DNA from: Jimgerdemannia flammicorona
Lineage: Eukaryota
Assembly: GCA_003990765.1 (NCBI GenBank)
Contig: RBNJ01000089.1
Location: forward strand, 1-42,463
Length of the DNA stretch: 42,463 nucleotides
Direction of reading: 5' to 3'
The notes under the pieces were generated by a model. That model was given only the letters and a program-made list of their open reading frames with translations. It made no database searches and had not been told where the DNA came from. Made by a program: the position numbers and the translations under genes. This document shows positions 13,790-25,810 of the stretch, one piece after another (positions within the stretch are counted from its first letter, which is position 1; each line of letters begins with the position of its first letter).

Positions 13790-15234
13790 TCCATATACCT
13801 AGAGAAACCATTAGCCACATGGTTGGTTTTGCCTGGGATATACTTGATTTCCATATCAAAGTTGTCAATGATTTCCATCCAGCGGGCTTGTCTGTGGGTC
13901 AGTATGGGCTGTGTATGAATATACCACAATGTATGGTGATCAGTATAGGCTACAAATGGCTGTCCTAGGAGGAAGTGGCACCATTCCTGAAGTACAGTGA
14001 TAATAGGCAGGAGTTCCTTCTCATGGGTAGTGTATCAGGTCTCAGCTGGCTTGAGCTTCTGAGAAAGGTAGGCCACTGGGTAGTCTTCTTAACTGAGCAC
14101 TGCTCCAATAGCAATGTCAGAGGTATCTGTGGTCAGAATGAATGGTCTGGTAAGGTCAGGTGCAATTAGCACTGGGGTCTCAGTAAGAAGCCTCTTGAGA
14201 TGGTCCATAGCCAGGGTGTATTTGAGAGTCCATTCAGCTTTGATGTTCACTCCTTTGCAGGCCAGGCTGGTCAATGGAGCTGCAATATCAGAGTATCCTT
14301 GGATGAACCTTTGGTAATAACCAGCAATACCCAGAAAGTGCTGGAGTAGCTTGAGGGTAGTAGGGATAGGGATATCCTTAAGAGCTGATACCTTTTGGAA
14401 GTCCATATTGATACCTTCAGCAGAGATGATATGTCCTAAGTACTTGATCTGGTCTTGATAGAATTTACACTTGCTCATCTTGACATAGAGCTGGTGTTCT
14501 CACAGGAGGGTCAGTATCTGTCTGAGGTGGGTGTAATATAGCTCTACTGTCTTACTGTAGATTAGTATATCATCAATATACACAAGGACACAGATGTTGA
14601 GGAGTGGTCCAAAGATGTCATTCATCAGATACTGGAATGTTGCTGGTGCATTGGTCAATCCAAAAGGCATGACTCGGAACAGGTAGTGTCCAAACCATGT
14701 TCAGAAAGCTGTCTTCTCAATGTCCTTCTCATCAATGAGAATCTGGTGGTAGCCATTTTGCAAATCCAGTAGAGAAAAGGTCTTGGCCTTGAAGATTTGG
14801 TATAGTAACTTATCAATCCTAGGTAAGGCATACCAGTTCTTGATGGTGATCTTGTTGAGGACTCTGTAGTCAATACACATTTGCAGAGAGCCATCCTTCT
14901 TCTTGACAAATAGAATGGGGGCTCCAAATGGAGAGCAGCTGGGTTCAATATATCCTTGGGTCAGTAGTTTGGTCAATTCATCCTTGAGGGTCTTGAGCTC
15001 AGATTGGGCCAGTTGGTAGATACTCTTGTATGGAGGTTCAGATCCTGGAATAAGATCAATTCCATGTTGGATTCGGTACTTGGGTGGAAGTCCTTGGGGG
15101 TCTTGGAATACATCTTGGAATTCTTCAAACAGTTCTTGAGCTTCTGTTGGGATTGAGCTACTTGTAGCTTCAGTGACTTCTTGTACTGTATAAATGAAGT
15201 AAGTGTTTCCCTTTTTTTGAGAGAGTCTCTTCAT
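13790..15234 (-). pseudogene. Reverse transcriptase and RNase H of the Gypsy element
   Basis: [57 protein letters not shown] (~14570-14581), KCKFYQDQIKYLGHII, LTTDTSDIAIGAVLS, IKYIPGKTNHVANGFSR. Confidence 0.96.
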
Positions 15235-15329
15235 TTGAATGGTAGAGATGATTTTGATTCCTTGGTAGTTGGTACCTTCCTGGGGTGTCAGGGTGATCTT
15301 TCTGCCTTCATGGATCAGGTTAACCTCAT

Positions 15330-15640
15330 TGGTTCTTCAGTTGATATCTGGGTTATGCTGGGTCAACTAGGCTTTTCCTAAGATAATATCTTGTCCTGGG
15401 AGGTCTACAATACTGAAGTCTAACTTCTCTTAATATTTGCCAATCTTGAGCAAAAGATCTTTGCAGATCTTGGTCAATGGAGCAGTTTTTCTATCACCAA
15501 AGGTAATACTTCTTTTCTTGGTAGTTGGTCTGCTTTAGGCTTCAATCCTCTTAGTGGTCTTGGTGCTGATGTAGTTTCCAGTAGCACCACTATCAAGCAA
15601 GACATTGACATTCTGTCTGTGGACTTGGCCTGTGAACTTG
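15330..15640 (-). pseudogene. Retropepsin aspartic protease
   Basis: VNVLLDSGATGNYIS (DSG at ~15585-15593), followed by a DIILG-like motif near 15375-15390. Confidence 0.85.
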
Positions 15641-15689
15641 ATGCAACTGTCCTCCTTTGGGGACTTCTTCAATGGTGAGATCTTGATGG

Positions 15690-16022
15690 ATTTCTTTAAT
15701 AATTGCTTGGGCAATCCTTTGGCCTGTTTTGACTTCAAATGATGTGTCTCCAAAATTTTGCAAGATGACATGGATTTTGCCAGTAAATCCTTGATCAACT
15801 ACTCCTCCTGCTAGTCCAATGTTAAACTCTTTGGCTAGGCTGCTTTGCTCAGCAAGGCAGATGTATGTTCCTTTGGGAGCTTGCATTGCAATCCCTGTTT
15901 TCACTGTAGCATTGGTGCTTGGTGGAATAGTGAGGCCTTGGCTGCTGTAGAGGTCATATCCAGCATCAGTTGGGTGGGCCTTAGTGGGGATGGTAGCCTT
16001 GTACCATATCTTCTGTACTTTG
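15690..16022 (-). pseudogene. dut: Trimeric dUTPase domain within the retroelement polyprotein
   Basis: Motifs 1-4: AHPTDAGYDLY, LAEQSSLA (RSSLA), GGVVDQGFTGKIHV, GQRIAQAII. Motif 5 (RGxxGFGS) is not visible. Confidence 0.92.
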
Positions 16023-16109
16023 ATGACATTCTCAGGGTTTTTCTTTCCTGGGCCTTCTTTAATAACAGTAATGTTCTGGTTACTGGGTTTGCCTGATCTG
16101 TTTCTCTTC

Positions 16110-17880
16110 TCGGGACATTTGACTGAGATGTATCCTGCCTTCTTACAGATGAAACACAATCCCTTTTCACAGAGCTGCTTCTTTTCATCCTTGGTGGGAG
16201 GTCTGGGTCCTCTGGGATTTTGCTGGTTCCTTTGATCATTCCATTGATCATATCTTTGGTCATTCCTTTGATCATTTCTCCTGGTAGGATTCCTCCTATC
16301 TTGGTTATCCTTCTTGTATTCTTGATTTCGTAGAGCTTATACAGCAAGGATTTCATGGGCTCTTCTTTGTACTTGGGCAAAGTACTATGAGTAGTGGGGG
16401 CATCCTTGGGGAAGACCTTGTTCCTTGATCTTCTAGGTAAGCCAGTCTGGTAGGGCTGCAAAAAGATGGTTGGCTCTGGTACCATTGATGGCCAAATTGT
16501 TCTCCTGGTAGGTAAGTCCAATGGTTTTGAGGTAGGCATCCATTCTGGTGGCAAAGGTCTCTAGATCCTCTTCACTATTCTTGTGGAACTTCATCTGGGA
16601 CAATTTGTTCCAAGTTTCTTATATGTAGGCTGCATTTCGGAATTTGGTCAGTAGCAAGGCCTTAAGTCCTGGGCCTGCTTCGTAGTCATCCCAACCTAGT
16701 CTATTGTTACCAGGTACTTGTCCATTGACTTGAGGGCAGGCTTCCCAAGTTACTGGGTGTTGTTCCAAGGTTTTCCAGAATTCAGCTGCTGTTCTGGTGA
16801 AGAATGTAGCTACTGTTTCTACTTGTGCTGCTGATGTAGCAAATAGTTGTTGAAGGGTGCTGTTCTGGTTATTGGTGAGCATTCCTATAGACACTCGGTT
16901 ATCATTCCATTGGTTTGCTCAATAGCCTATATCAACTGCATTGATGAAGTTTTCGATGTCATTGTTTTTTCCACTGAATGTTAGGATTCACAAGGTCTTG
17001 GTTGGTTTGTTCTGTTCAGTAATCTGTCCTACTATCTCTGCTAGTACTGCTAGCTGGGTGGTCAGTGCTGCAATGTTGGTATCTACTATTATATTGACTA
17101 TTGGTGGTGGGCCTATTGGGGTAGATTCTCCTGAAAATTGTTCTGCTTGGTGGGGTTGTGGTGCTGTGTGACTTGGGGTTACTTGGTTCCTGGATATCAG
17201 ATCAAAGAGTCCTGTGAGAGAGGGTAAACCAAACATCTGTATAGGTGGCTGAGTTGGTTCTGGGGTCTGATCTTCTTGATCTGTGGTCCCTTAGTAAATT
17301 CCTAGGCCTGCTGTTCTTCATTGGCTATCATCAGACTGGTAATCTGTAGAGTCTTCATCTGACTCTCTTCCCTGATGAGATAGTACATCCTTGTACTGGC
17401 TAGGTCCTTCAAAGAGGATATCAGTCTCTGGCTGGGTAAATGGGCCTACTCCTTGTTCAGCAGTAGGGGATAGTTGGTCTGCTTGCTCATTCTCGTACCT
17501 AGTTATGGCAGAGGCATAGTATACAACTAGCCTGTAGTAGAGGGAGGTCTTGGTAGAGATATGATGATATCTGTCAGAGGCAATCCACTTGGCAGCTGCT
17601 TCTCTTACAGCAGGGGGTGTGATATAATCTAGAAAATCCTAGGTAGCTGCAGCAGTAGATTCTTTGGTCCTAGTGGTTCCAATATGTCCTCAGAGGAGTT
17701 CATAGAACCTATGGCAGCTGACAATATTCCTAAGTTCTGGGTAGTATGTCCTAAAGGCCTGGTATAGATCCTTATAAGCCTGGTCAATTACAAGTTGATG
17801 GGTCCTTGGGTCTGTGGTTTCCTGATACCACCTGGTCCTAATGGCAAGGGCTTCTCTGGCTCTGATTTGAGGATCCACAG
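16110..17880 (-). pseudogene. Gag with C-terminal CCHC zinc knuckle
   Basis: CFICKKAGYISVKC knuckle (~16115-16156), gag-like segments (FTRTAAEFWKTL..KALLLTKF) and upstream fragments such as 17690-17878 lying between the PBS and pol. Confidence 0.75.
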
Positions 17881-17964
17881 TTGATGCTGGGGGTTACTTC
17901 TATCCAAGGTTGGTCTTGTTCCAACTTCAGGAGTGTGTTCTTTGGTACCTTCTTGGCTAGTAAA

Positions 17965-17976
17965 CTACTGCTACCA
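17965..17976 (-). other. Primer binding site (tRNA-Met-like)
   Basis: TGGTAGCAGTAG on the minus strand, 3 nt after the ..TTATTACA end of the 5' LTR. Confidence 0.75.
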
Positions 17977-17979
17977 AGT

Positions 17980-18638
17980 TGTAATAACTCTCACTTCTAC
18001 CCCTCTCTTATTCTTTGGATAATTAGTGAAGTGGACTATTACTTAGGGACTTAGTACACAATGTGTACCAAGAAGCCTTCAGTTTGAGGAAGCACTTGCT
18101 TAAAGTAGTTGTAGCAGCAGTGCCTTCTGTTTCAAAGGTCTTTCTCTGGTTTGCCTTCTGTTTCAAAGGTCTTTCTCTTGTGCCCTATTTCGAGGGTCTT
18201 GTTCTTTGCTGTGTACAGACTGAATTCACCTTGGAAGTCAGATTCAATGGGTTTACTTAAGTCTTTGGGGATTTATATACTAGTCTCAGTTCTGGCAGAA
18301 GTTAGCTAGGCTTCTGGAGTTTAGTCAGAAATACTAGAGTCACTTAGGTGTCATTACTAAGACTCAGGGGGGATGTGTGTGTGTGGGGGGACTTGATTCT
18401 TATATCAAGAACTGAACTAAAACTGCTTTATTTCGGATGGAAACTGAGGGGTATTTATACAAGTTGGTCCGCGATTTCTGACTAAGTATGAGTGACTAAT
18501 TTGGTAACTATAATGAGGTTTGTGATTGTGACCTTTGTCAGGTGGTTTTTGGTAAAGAATAACTTTGTGATCAAGACCTCAATTACTAGGCAATGTTCAA
18601 TAGCTGTGGCAATAGTTGCTGTGGTGCCAATTGTTGGG
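17980..18638 (-). repeat. 5' LTR, truncated (lacks ~128 bp of its outer end)
   Basis: Colinear with 8758-9416; similarity stops abruptly at TGTTGGG. Confidence 0.9.
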
Positions 18639-18863
18639 AGCCAGAATATTGCCTGTTTCTGTATATCTGGAGATAACCAAAGCAATAAAGTACAAGCTCA
18701 ATCAGTAGTATTGAGTAAGAGGAAGTAGATTGAATGAATGGAATTATAATTGATGTTCAGTTGTAGTCTTGAGCAAGAAAAATACTACAGTCAATAAGCC
18801 TATATATGCAGAACTACAGTGGTGAGTACCATCTCTATATAGTATTTCATACTATCACCAACA
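18632..18863. repeat. Candidate LTR of a second (Copia-like) family
   Basis: Inverted termini TGTTGG...CCAACA, 232 bp, with internal TATATA and AATAAA; no TSD found. Confidence 0.4.
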
Positions 18864-20206
18864 AGAGGACAATTCGCTTTCGACAGATCATTAGATATAT
18901 ATGGAATTCAAGTTATAAATTTGGCTTATATTTGGGCACATGATCTCAATCTGGGCACATGATCAGGTGATCAATTTGGAGTTGGGCTAACTTATTTATA
19001 TGTGATAACATTAATCATCTGGTCTGATATCAGCATTGCCATATTCTACCATATGTTGGATAGGACTCAAACACATAGGTCATAGTATGATAGACTCATA
19101 TAATTTAAATTTATTTATCACTTAGATGTTAATACTCAATCATTTTACTTTCCTAGTGAAATTAATATATATAATATATATTGTACAATATATATGTTTA
19201 TATACAGTCACAAACTTACATCAAAAGCATACAACATAGTATCACCGATTCATCTTAAGAATACTAATTAAGGTTTGTATATGTATGTCTACAGATTATA
19301 TTACAGTTGAGAATAAAGAACTTAATTTTTGTACAAAGCAGGTTTATGCATATATTAAAAGCTTTTAAGACTCTTACTCAAACTAGAAAACAAAGATTAA
19401 TATGGCTGATTCATGATAATACTGAGTCATATATTAAAACTACATACGTACATCATCAATGTGATTAATATGATAAAAAATGTCTGATAAGTGATCAATG
19501 ACTCACTGTTGGTAGAAACCTATGCAAAATGATTGATATATATGAAAGCAATAATATAAATATATGGTTAAATTATAATATCTCTTTATCAAACAAAATG
19601 CTCGTCAAACCTCATCATAAACAATCCACCCATTCTACCCCAATTGAACTGCCTGCCAACTCAGATGGCACATTTATACATCTGAGATGTACCAATTTGG
19701 TAGAGCACCATAATCCCGATTGAATGGCGTGTCTGGGAAACATGCTCGCCATATATTGTAAGGAGAATAATATATATAAATATCAATAATACTTATGAAT
19801 GAATTGTTATATAATTTTATAGCTTTTGATACATTATGCTATGTTTAGATCACACTCTTCAGGAACTTCCAAGGGAGTACTCTTGATACTAGCGCCAGTA
19901 TAAAACTGGGTCAAATATTGGTCAATCTTATCTGTCGATTTACAGGTATTCATTGAGGCAGCATATTTCATTTGGTATGTCTATATTTGTATATGTTTTA
20001 CTTCCTTTTAGAAATAAACTAAATGCTGGTTATCACATTTCTAGTGAATTTTCAAAAACACATTATCTGGCTTAACTCCGAGTTATATCCAGATCAATCT
20101 CATTGCTCATGCTCGAATTGCAAGAGTATGCCAAGAAAACTGATCCAATCCGAAATCAATAACAGTGAAGAATTCAAATCTGACCCTGATACCAAGAGAC
20201 ATCCTC

Positions 20207-20817
20207 CTGAGCAGCCCAATTCTCCACATGCTGAACAGTCCAATCCTCCACACACTAAGTAGCCTGTCCCTCTGCATGCCAAACAGCCAGTCCCTCTGCC
20301 TGACCCTCTGTACACCAAGCAGCCCAATCCTCCACACACCAAGCAGCCCATTCTTCTGCATACCAAGCAGCCCAATTCTCCACATACCAAGCAGCCTGTC
20401 CCTCCACATGCCAAACAGCCAGTCCCTCTGCCTGACCCTCTGCACACCAAGCAGCCCAATCCTCCACATACCAAGCAGCCCATTCTTCTACATGCCAAGC
20501 AGCCCAATCCTCTGCACACCAAGCAGCCTATCCCTTCATATACTAAACAGCCAGTCCCTCTACCTGTCCCTCTGTATGCCAAACAGCCTGTCTCTCCACA
20601 TGCCAAACAGCACAACCCACTGCAAACCAAACAGCCTGATCCTCCACACACCAAGCAGCCTCTCCCTCTGCCTGACCCTCTGCATGCCAAACAGCCAGTC
20701 ACCCACCTGTCCCTCTGCATGCCAAACAGCCTGTCCCTCCACACACAAAACAGCACAATCTACTACAAACCAAACAGTCTGATCCTCTGCACACCAAGTA
20801 GCCTGTCCCTCTATATG
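20207..20817 (+). repeat. Coding minisatellite of 24-bp units with 36-bp variants (Pro/Gln-rich xEQPxPPx repeats) in a decayed intron-containing gene starting near 19.6 kb
   Basis: About 23 units of CCAAGCAGCCxxxCCTCCACACA type, with a 132-bp higher-order period (4x24+36) in the first half; nearly all unit lengths are multiples of 3. Confidence 0.9.
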
Positions 20818-21891
20818 CTGATTCAAAGAAGGATCACTATCGCACTACCTTGCAGACTGAACTAGAGAGCAATTGCAGCGATCTTGATGGATCTGAAAGT
20901 GGTCATATACTATCCAAAAGAATCAAGTTGGATATCATTAGTATTCTGGGTGGAGTTTAAATTTCGTTTAGTTCATAATCTGAATGAAATACTCTTAGTA
21001 GCATAAAAACAAATTCAGCATTTAGTTAGTGAAAAAGCAAAATTTGGTTAGAATAACAAAAAAAACAAGATGTAGTTAGTAATTAAAAGCAGGTTTTGGT
21101 TAGTATAATAAAAATATAAGTTTTAGACATTTTATCTACCATATGCTAATTTAAATTAACCATTGATTTGAGAGAATATATTAAAGAGAAGAGAATGTAA
21201 TTCAACTACATTGTTATTACCAACCTCATGCTTTGGAAGGTTGATATACTACTACATATACTGAGTAATATTTTAACATAGGATATTTATTTGAGTGATA
21301 TCTGATCAGTCTACTCTCCGACCTCTTCAATAACAGAGGAAGAATGATTTGTTTGTTAACCACATATCCAACAGCAAGAATCTCACACAGCTGTTATCAA
21401 ACAAAATTACAATCTGTGGCGGTGGTGGTATGAGTCACATTGGGCTGGAGAAACTCTGTAGAAAAGAGTATTTTCTCATATATCTTGCTGATCCAAAATC
21501 ATCATTTTTTATACCAGAAAGATATGCGGAGCCTGATGTAATTTTGTGATCAATGTTTCTATAGATAGCAATATATGACAATCTGAGCCAATCATAATTT
21601 CCATATTTGTTCAAGCCAAACTAAGTCCCAGTATTAACATAAAAACTGCCATAAAAACATTAAACCCCAAAATATTATTTAACAACAAATGGAAGCCTAA
21701 ATGGTACAAAGAGAGGAGTAAGATACTCGAATATTTCCCATATTGTATGCATAGACATTCAGTCGCCTCTGAGTAGAATGTAAATAAAATATCCATGTAG
21801 CAAAAATGATCCATAGATCCGAAATCACTACTGATGAATCTACAGATTTCTGGTGAAAAGCACTATGCAGTTATGCAATACTAGAAATTTG

Positions 21892-21975
21892 GCTCTGGTA
21901 GCTCAAATTGATAGAGCAACTGATTTATACATATACTGTTACAGTTGGATAGTAGTTTGAATCTACTTCAGGGCA
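21892..21975 (+). tRNA. Intron-containing tRNA-like gene, probably tRNA-Ile(TAT), likely a pseudogene
   Basis: Acceptor stem GCTCTGG/TCAGGGC-A, D arm GCTC-AAATTGATA-GAGC, anticodon arm ACTGA-TT-TAT-A plus ~11-nt intron plus CAGT, T arm AGTAG-TTTGAAT-CTACT (TTCGAAT after CpG decay), and a downstream T run. Confidence 0.7.
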
Positions 21976-21998
21976 ATCCTTTTTATTGTATTGATTTT

Positions 21999-22026
21999 AG
22001 ATCTATCATCTTGAGATGATAGATCT
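21999..22026. repeat. Short perfect inverted repeat (13-bp arms)
   Basis: AGATCTATCATCT-TG-AGATGATAGATCT, about 25 bp downstream of the ankyrin gene stop. Confidence 0.8.
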
Positions 22027-22050
22027 TATAAATGTAACATATATTTTAAG

Positions 22051-22545
22051 CTACATTGCAAACATCCATATCACTAAACATATCATAATACTCCAGAAAA
22101 TATTTTCCAGAAGACTCCTGACACTAGGAGAGGGTGTATTATTACATGGTTTGACCTTGCCAAGGCCATTTAGTACACAAAGCAGTTGATGCACCACAGA
22201 CTCTACCTCTTTATTACCATCATAGGTCACTATAGCAGCAACACCCTTATTGTTTAATACTTCAATGTCTGCACCATTGTGAAGTAGATCCACAAGTATA
22301 ATAGCATGCTGTTCAGATTCAGGAGTGGTGGTAGGAATATCTGTTGAGTGTATACATTTCTTTAGTGTTTCAGGTGAAAACACCCATCTGTTGAGGATTA
22401 TTATGATTGAATGAGTGATGTAGTCAAGTGCTATGTATATTGGTGTATTTCTATTCCTGTCTGTGCTAAACAGTGAGGTTGCATTAATCAACTTTCAAAC
22501 TTGGATGGTGTTACCATCCTTGACTGCAGCATATAGATTTGACAT
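22051..22545 (-). pseudogene. Small ankyrin-repeat protein with hydrophobic C-terminal tail
   Basis: NLYAAVKDGNTIQV*KLI..DRNRNTPIYIA..DLLHNGADIEVLNNKG; C-terminal IFWSIMICLVIWMFAM. Confidence 0.7.
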
Positions 22546-22655
22546 TGGAGACTGTGTTAAAACAAATTTGTTTATTGGGTATATCTGTTCAAGATCATTT
22601 TTATCATGTAATATTTTGATGACATCATAGGTAAACCGAGAGTGTGATGTGAGCA

Positions 22656-22716
22656 TCAGAGAAAGTGCATTCACATGGATGGGATAATCCTGTCCATGTG
22701 AATGCACTTTCCCCAA
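22656..22716. repeat. Palindromic element, copy 1
   Basis: Core 22661-22711 GAAAGTGCATTCACATGGATGGGAT-A-ATCCTGTCCATGTGAATGCACTTTC, centre at 22686. Confidence 0.95.
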
Positions 22717-22767
22717 CATCAAAATTGCATCTGCTACTGTGATCTAACAAATCTACACCTTACCACA

Positions 22768-24092
22768 ATGTCCACAAAATATCATTGCATATCAAAGAAC
22801 ACTCCAGTAGTAGTAGTACCCAATCTGAGCATCTTGGTAGTAGTACCTGTTTGTCACTGGAGAGAGCTGGCCATGGAAACTATTTAGCAGATTACCAGTT
22901 ATCTGACAGGTGATACAACAGAGGACTTCTTAAACCTGCTCTCCATATCATTGGTGTTGCAATAACTCTACAATATAGTTCGACCTCTGATATCTACCCA
23001 TCACATAAAATGTCTATTTGAGAGAAAGACTGATAACATCTATGTCCATCACCTAGCAATGCTATTGGTGGCCTCGTAGAAATATGCCCTTGCATACCAC
23101 AATGAGCTCACCATCCAATGAATACCAACAGATGCATCTGATATGATAGCAGCAGACTTGTTAATTATTTTGCACATTACAACACTTAAAGAGCTCTGCA
23201 TCTGCATCTATGGCTCTACAAATTTAATATTTCTTCACCAGCTTGTACCCCACATTCACTCAGTTAACAGTCTGTGGCTGCAAAATAAAACTGACATTAA
23301 CAAGGATACAGACGAGGGTCTGAAACATTTGATAGCATCTATTCAACCATATCTGACTACAGTTAAGATCAGTGGTATGCTTAATGATGTATACCAGCAC
23401 GCACTTGTAGATTACATCTCTATTGAATCCATGGAGCTGGAGGCCATCAACTTCTATATTGGATTTTATCAGTTTACATACTGGCCATAGTTGTGCAGGA
23501 TTAAAATTTTGAATTTCCACTTAACAAGCCAGATTTCCATATTACCCAAGAAATCTGACCAGTATTTACCTGTGGAAGAGTGAGCTGTTCATCATATACC
23601 CAATTATAACCAATATAGACTGGAGATTAGTCAAAACTCTTTTTCAAGTATTTATTATGAGATGTCCATCCCTCAAATAAGTGGAAGATAACCTATCAAC
23701 CCTATCAAGAGAAATCAGCCTAATTGATGATGAATACTCAGATATATTGATATATAAGATGTCGATACCTCGAGGAACTTAAGCTTCCACCAAAGTCAAG
23801 ACCCACAGGCAATACAGTGTTGGATGCAGGTTAGCCATGGAGGTATTTAAAAGTGTTAGAGGTGTGGTGTGCCTCAGTCATAGCAGAGTTTGTTAGTCAG
23901 GCACTGTATGGTAGCAGAGATCTCGAGAGTATTGTTATTCCCATGACACTGATAAGTGACCCAAAGATATTAGACACACTGGAAATGTGCAGTTTTGTAG
24001 AGCAGTCATGCAGTGAATGCAGCTCATTTATTCAGTTTACTATAGATAGCATACTGTGTAAAGAATTTGAGAATGATAACTTCCTACCCTAG
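22768..24092 (+). pseudogene. F-box-like / LRR-like protein, paralog A
   Basis: HWRELAMETI*QITSYL..FLNLLSISLV N-terminus; LRR-like LKELCI, LEELKLP, LKVLEV. Confidence 0.6.
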
Positions 24093-24120
24093 CTAAGATT
24101 TATATAACATATACTATGGT

Positions 24121-24790
24121 TCAAATATCCTGCAGTTGAGATAGTTTTAATTCTAATATAATATCATGTAGTACCAGAGATCCCTTATATAGGGAAACAA
24201 TCTTAGTATCATTTACCAAACTGATATGACATATAATGGCCAGCAAGATGAATCGCCTAAATCCTGTAATAAATACCCATACACCATTGATATTGTATTG
24301 TTCAACTTTGATATTAGCTATTCCAAGCAGTTGGCCAAAACTCTTTTGCACAATATTAGCAAATATTCTTGCAACATTGTATTGATCACCTATACAGTAG
24401 TAATCAAACAGCATGTTAAGGTTATTTTGGACAAACCAAGTCATCAATACTGTATCATCATCAGCAATTATCCACAAGTTATCCAGCATTTTTCTAATAG
24501 TAGTTTTGACTCTGTCGAGGTCTATGCTCAGATAGATTAAACAATGGCCACCATCCATACTTATACAATTGTATAAATAGCAAAAAAGTAACAATCCATC
24601 ATCTGCATAGTAGTGTGGGCCATAAATCTCTGAGAGAACAATAGATGCCCATACATATGTCAAACATATAGTATTTGTCGATATCAAGTATCCATAATAT
24701 ATTCATTGATTCCATAGCTAGCACCTCCATCACCTGCCATCCATTGTCCAGACTTGCTACAAATGACATATATTGCTCTGCCTTATTCAA
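24121..24790 (-). pseudogene. Hypothetical protein (frameshifted)
   Basis: Overlapping ORFs 24599-24790 and 24121-24687 starting directly at the stop of the BTB gene. Confidence 0.4.
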
Positions 24791-25717
24791 TCAACTGGCT
24801 GAGACAGGCAGCTCTTTGTACAGCCATAGAAGATCTGCCTCAAGAGATGTCAGATCCACCTCTTGTCGATTCAACATATCTATCATCTCTTGTTGTGTTT
24901 TTGGAAAGAGTTCCTCATCATCAATCTGAGTGATCTTAGACCCAATAATGTCTATGGCATTGACAGCTACCACAATAGACACCAGCACATCGACAGCTCC
25001 TGTAATAGTTTTGAGACAGCATGGGCTGATGTACATGAGATCTATGTGACCAACTAGTTTTAAGAAGTCGTTGTGTATGCAAGATATGTGAATTGCTCCA
25101 CGGTTGATATCATTGAGAACAGCATAGCGATTGACTGCTGATGGAGCCCCATTACAATGACACCATACCCAATTGATCATACACAGAAGCAGAGTATGCT
25201 GGGGTGTGATACTAAGGTTCTGTGTTGTAAGAACCATCTCCAGAATATCCATAGGCATATTGCTTAGACTTCTGACAGATAATTCATAGATACATAGTGA
25301 TTTAACAATGGCATTGTAGAACTTGCTGTTGAGTTCATCATGGGGTACTACCTTCTCCATGGTTTCAAGTAGCAATATTACATCATCTGGATCATTGGGA
25401 CTGGCTAAATGGCTAACCACTAGCTCAGAAAGTCTGGGTAATAGTAGAAAGTTTGCTGTACAGTATAGCCCTACTACGTCAGTTAGAAGATCTGGTATGA
25501 TTTCAGCAAACACAAAGATGAGAACATCGTGGAGTATATGTGACTTAATGGCATTCAACTTGACTGCATTTGATGTGGCCTCACACATGCCACCGTATAG
25601 CATTGCATGGAAAAACAGACATCTCCCTGCAAGGATGCTGCGACATGTTGTCACCTTGATGCCATCAGCACACACAATTGTCAGATCATGGTAGACAGCA
25701 TTGTTCAAGATATTCAC
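24791..25717 (-). CDS. BTB/POZ-domain protein (intronless, open 308-aa frame)
   Basis: YHDLTIVCADGIKVTTCRSILAGRCLFFHAMLYGGMCEATSNAVKL..VLIFVF..LYCTANFLLLPRL is a typical BTB signature. Confidence 0.85.
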   Translation of the reverse strand: MNILNNAVYHDLTIVCADGIKVTTCRSILAGRCLFFHAMLYGGMCEATSNAVKLNAIKSHILHDVLIFVFAEIIPDLLTDVVGLYCTANFLLLPRLSELVVSHLASPNDPDDVILLLETMEKVVPHDELNSKFYNAIVKSLCIYELSVRSLSNMPMDILEMVLTTQNLSITPQHTLLLCMINWVWCHCNGAPSAVNRYAVLNDINRGAIHISCIHNDFLKLVGHIDLMYISPCCLKTITGAVDVLVSIVVAVNAIDIIGSKITQIDDEELFPKTQQEMIDMLNRQEVDLTSLEADLLWLYKELPVSAS

Positions 25718-25810
25718 AATGTCACTCTTAAGATCAAGCCCAGCATCTGGTTATTGCTCATTCATAACTCAAGTGTCTTCATTAACAGTCATGTCATAGA
25801 GCAACTTAGT

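Larger units (their letters stand above)
8758..18638 (-). mobile_element. Ty3/Gypsy chromovirus LTR retrotransposon, decayed, with dUTPase and an extra ORF
   Basis: Direct repeats at 8758-9416 and 17980-18638 (659 bp each), PBS and PPT in minus orientation, gag-dUTPase-PR-RT-RNaseH-IN-chromodomain order. Confidence 0.96.

Noticed and set aside
20207-20817. Possible CRISPR array
   Set aside because: Units are contiguous degenerate tandem repeats with no unique spacers, there are no cas genes, and the context is eukaryotic.
20100-20826. Several overlapping Cys/Gly/Trp-rich ORFs
   Set aside because: These are alternative-frame artefacts of the minisatellite.
22495-22722. ORF spanning palindrome copy 1 (also 38167-38370 over copy 4)
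   Set aside because: These are chance read-throughs; the palindrome is intergenic in all copies and no frame is conserved.
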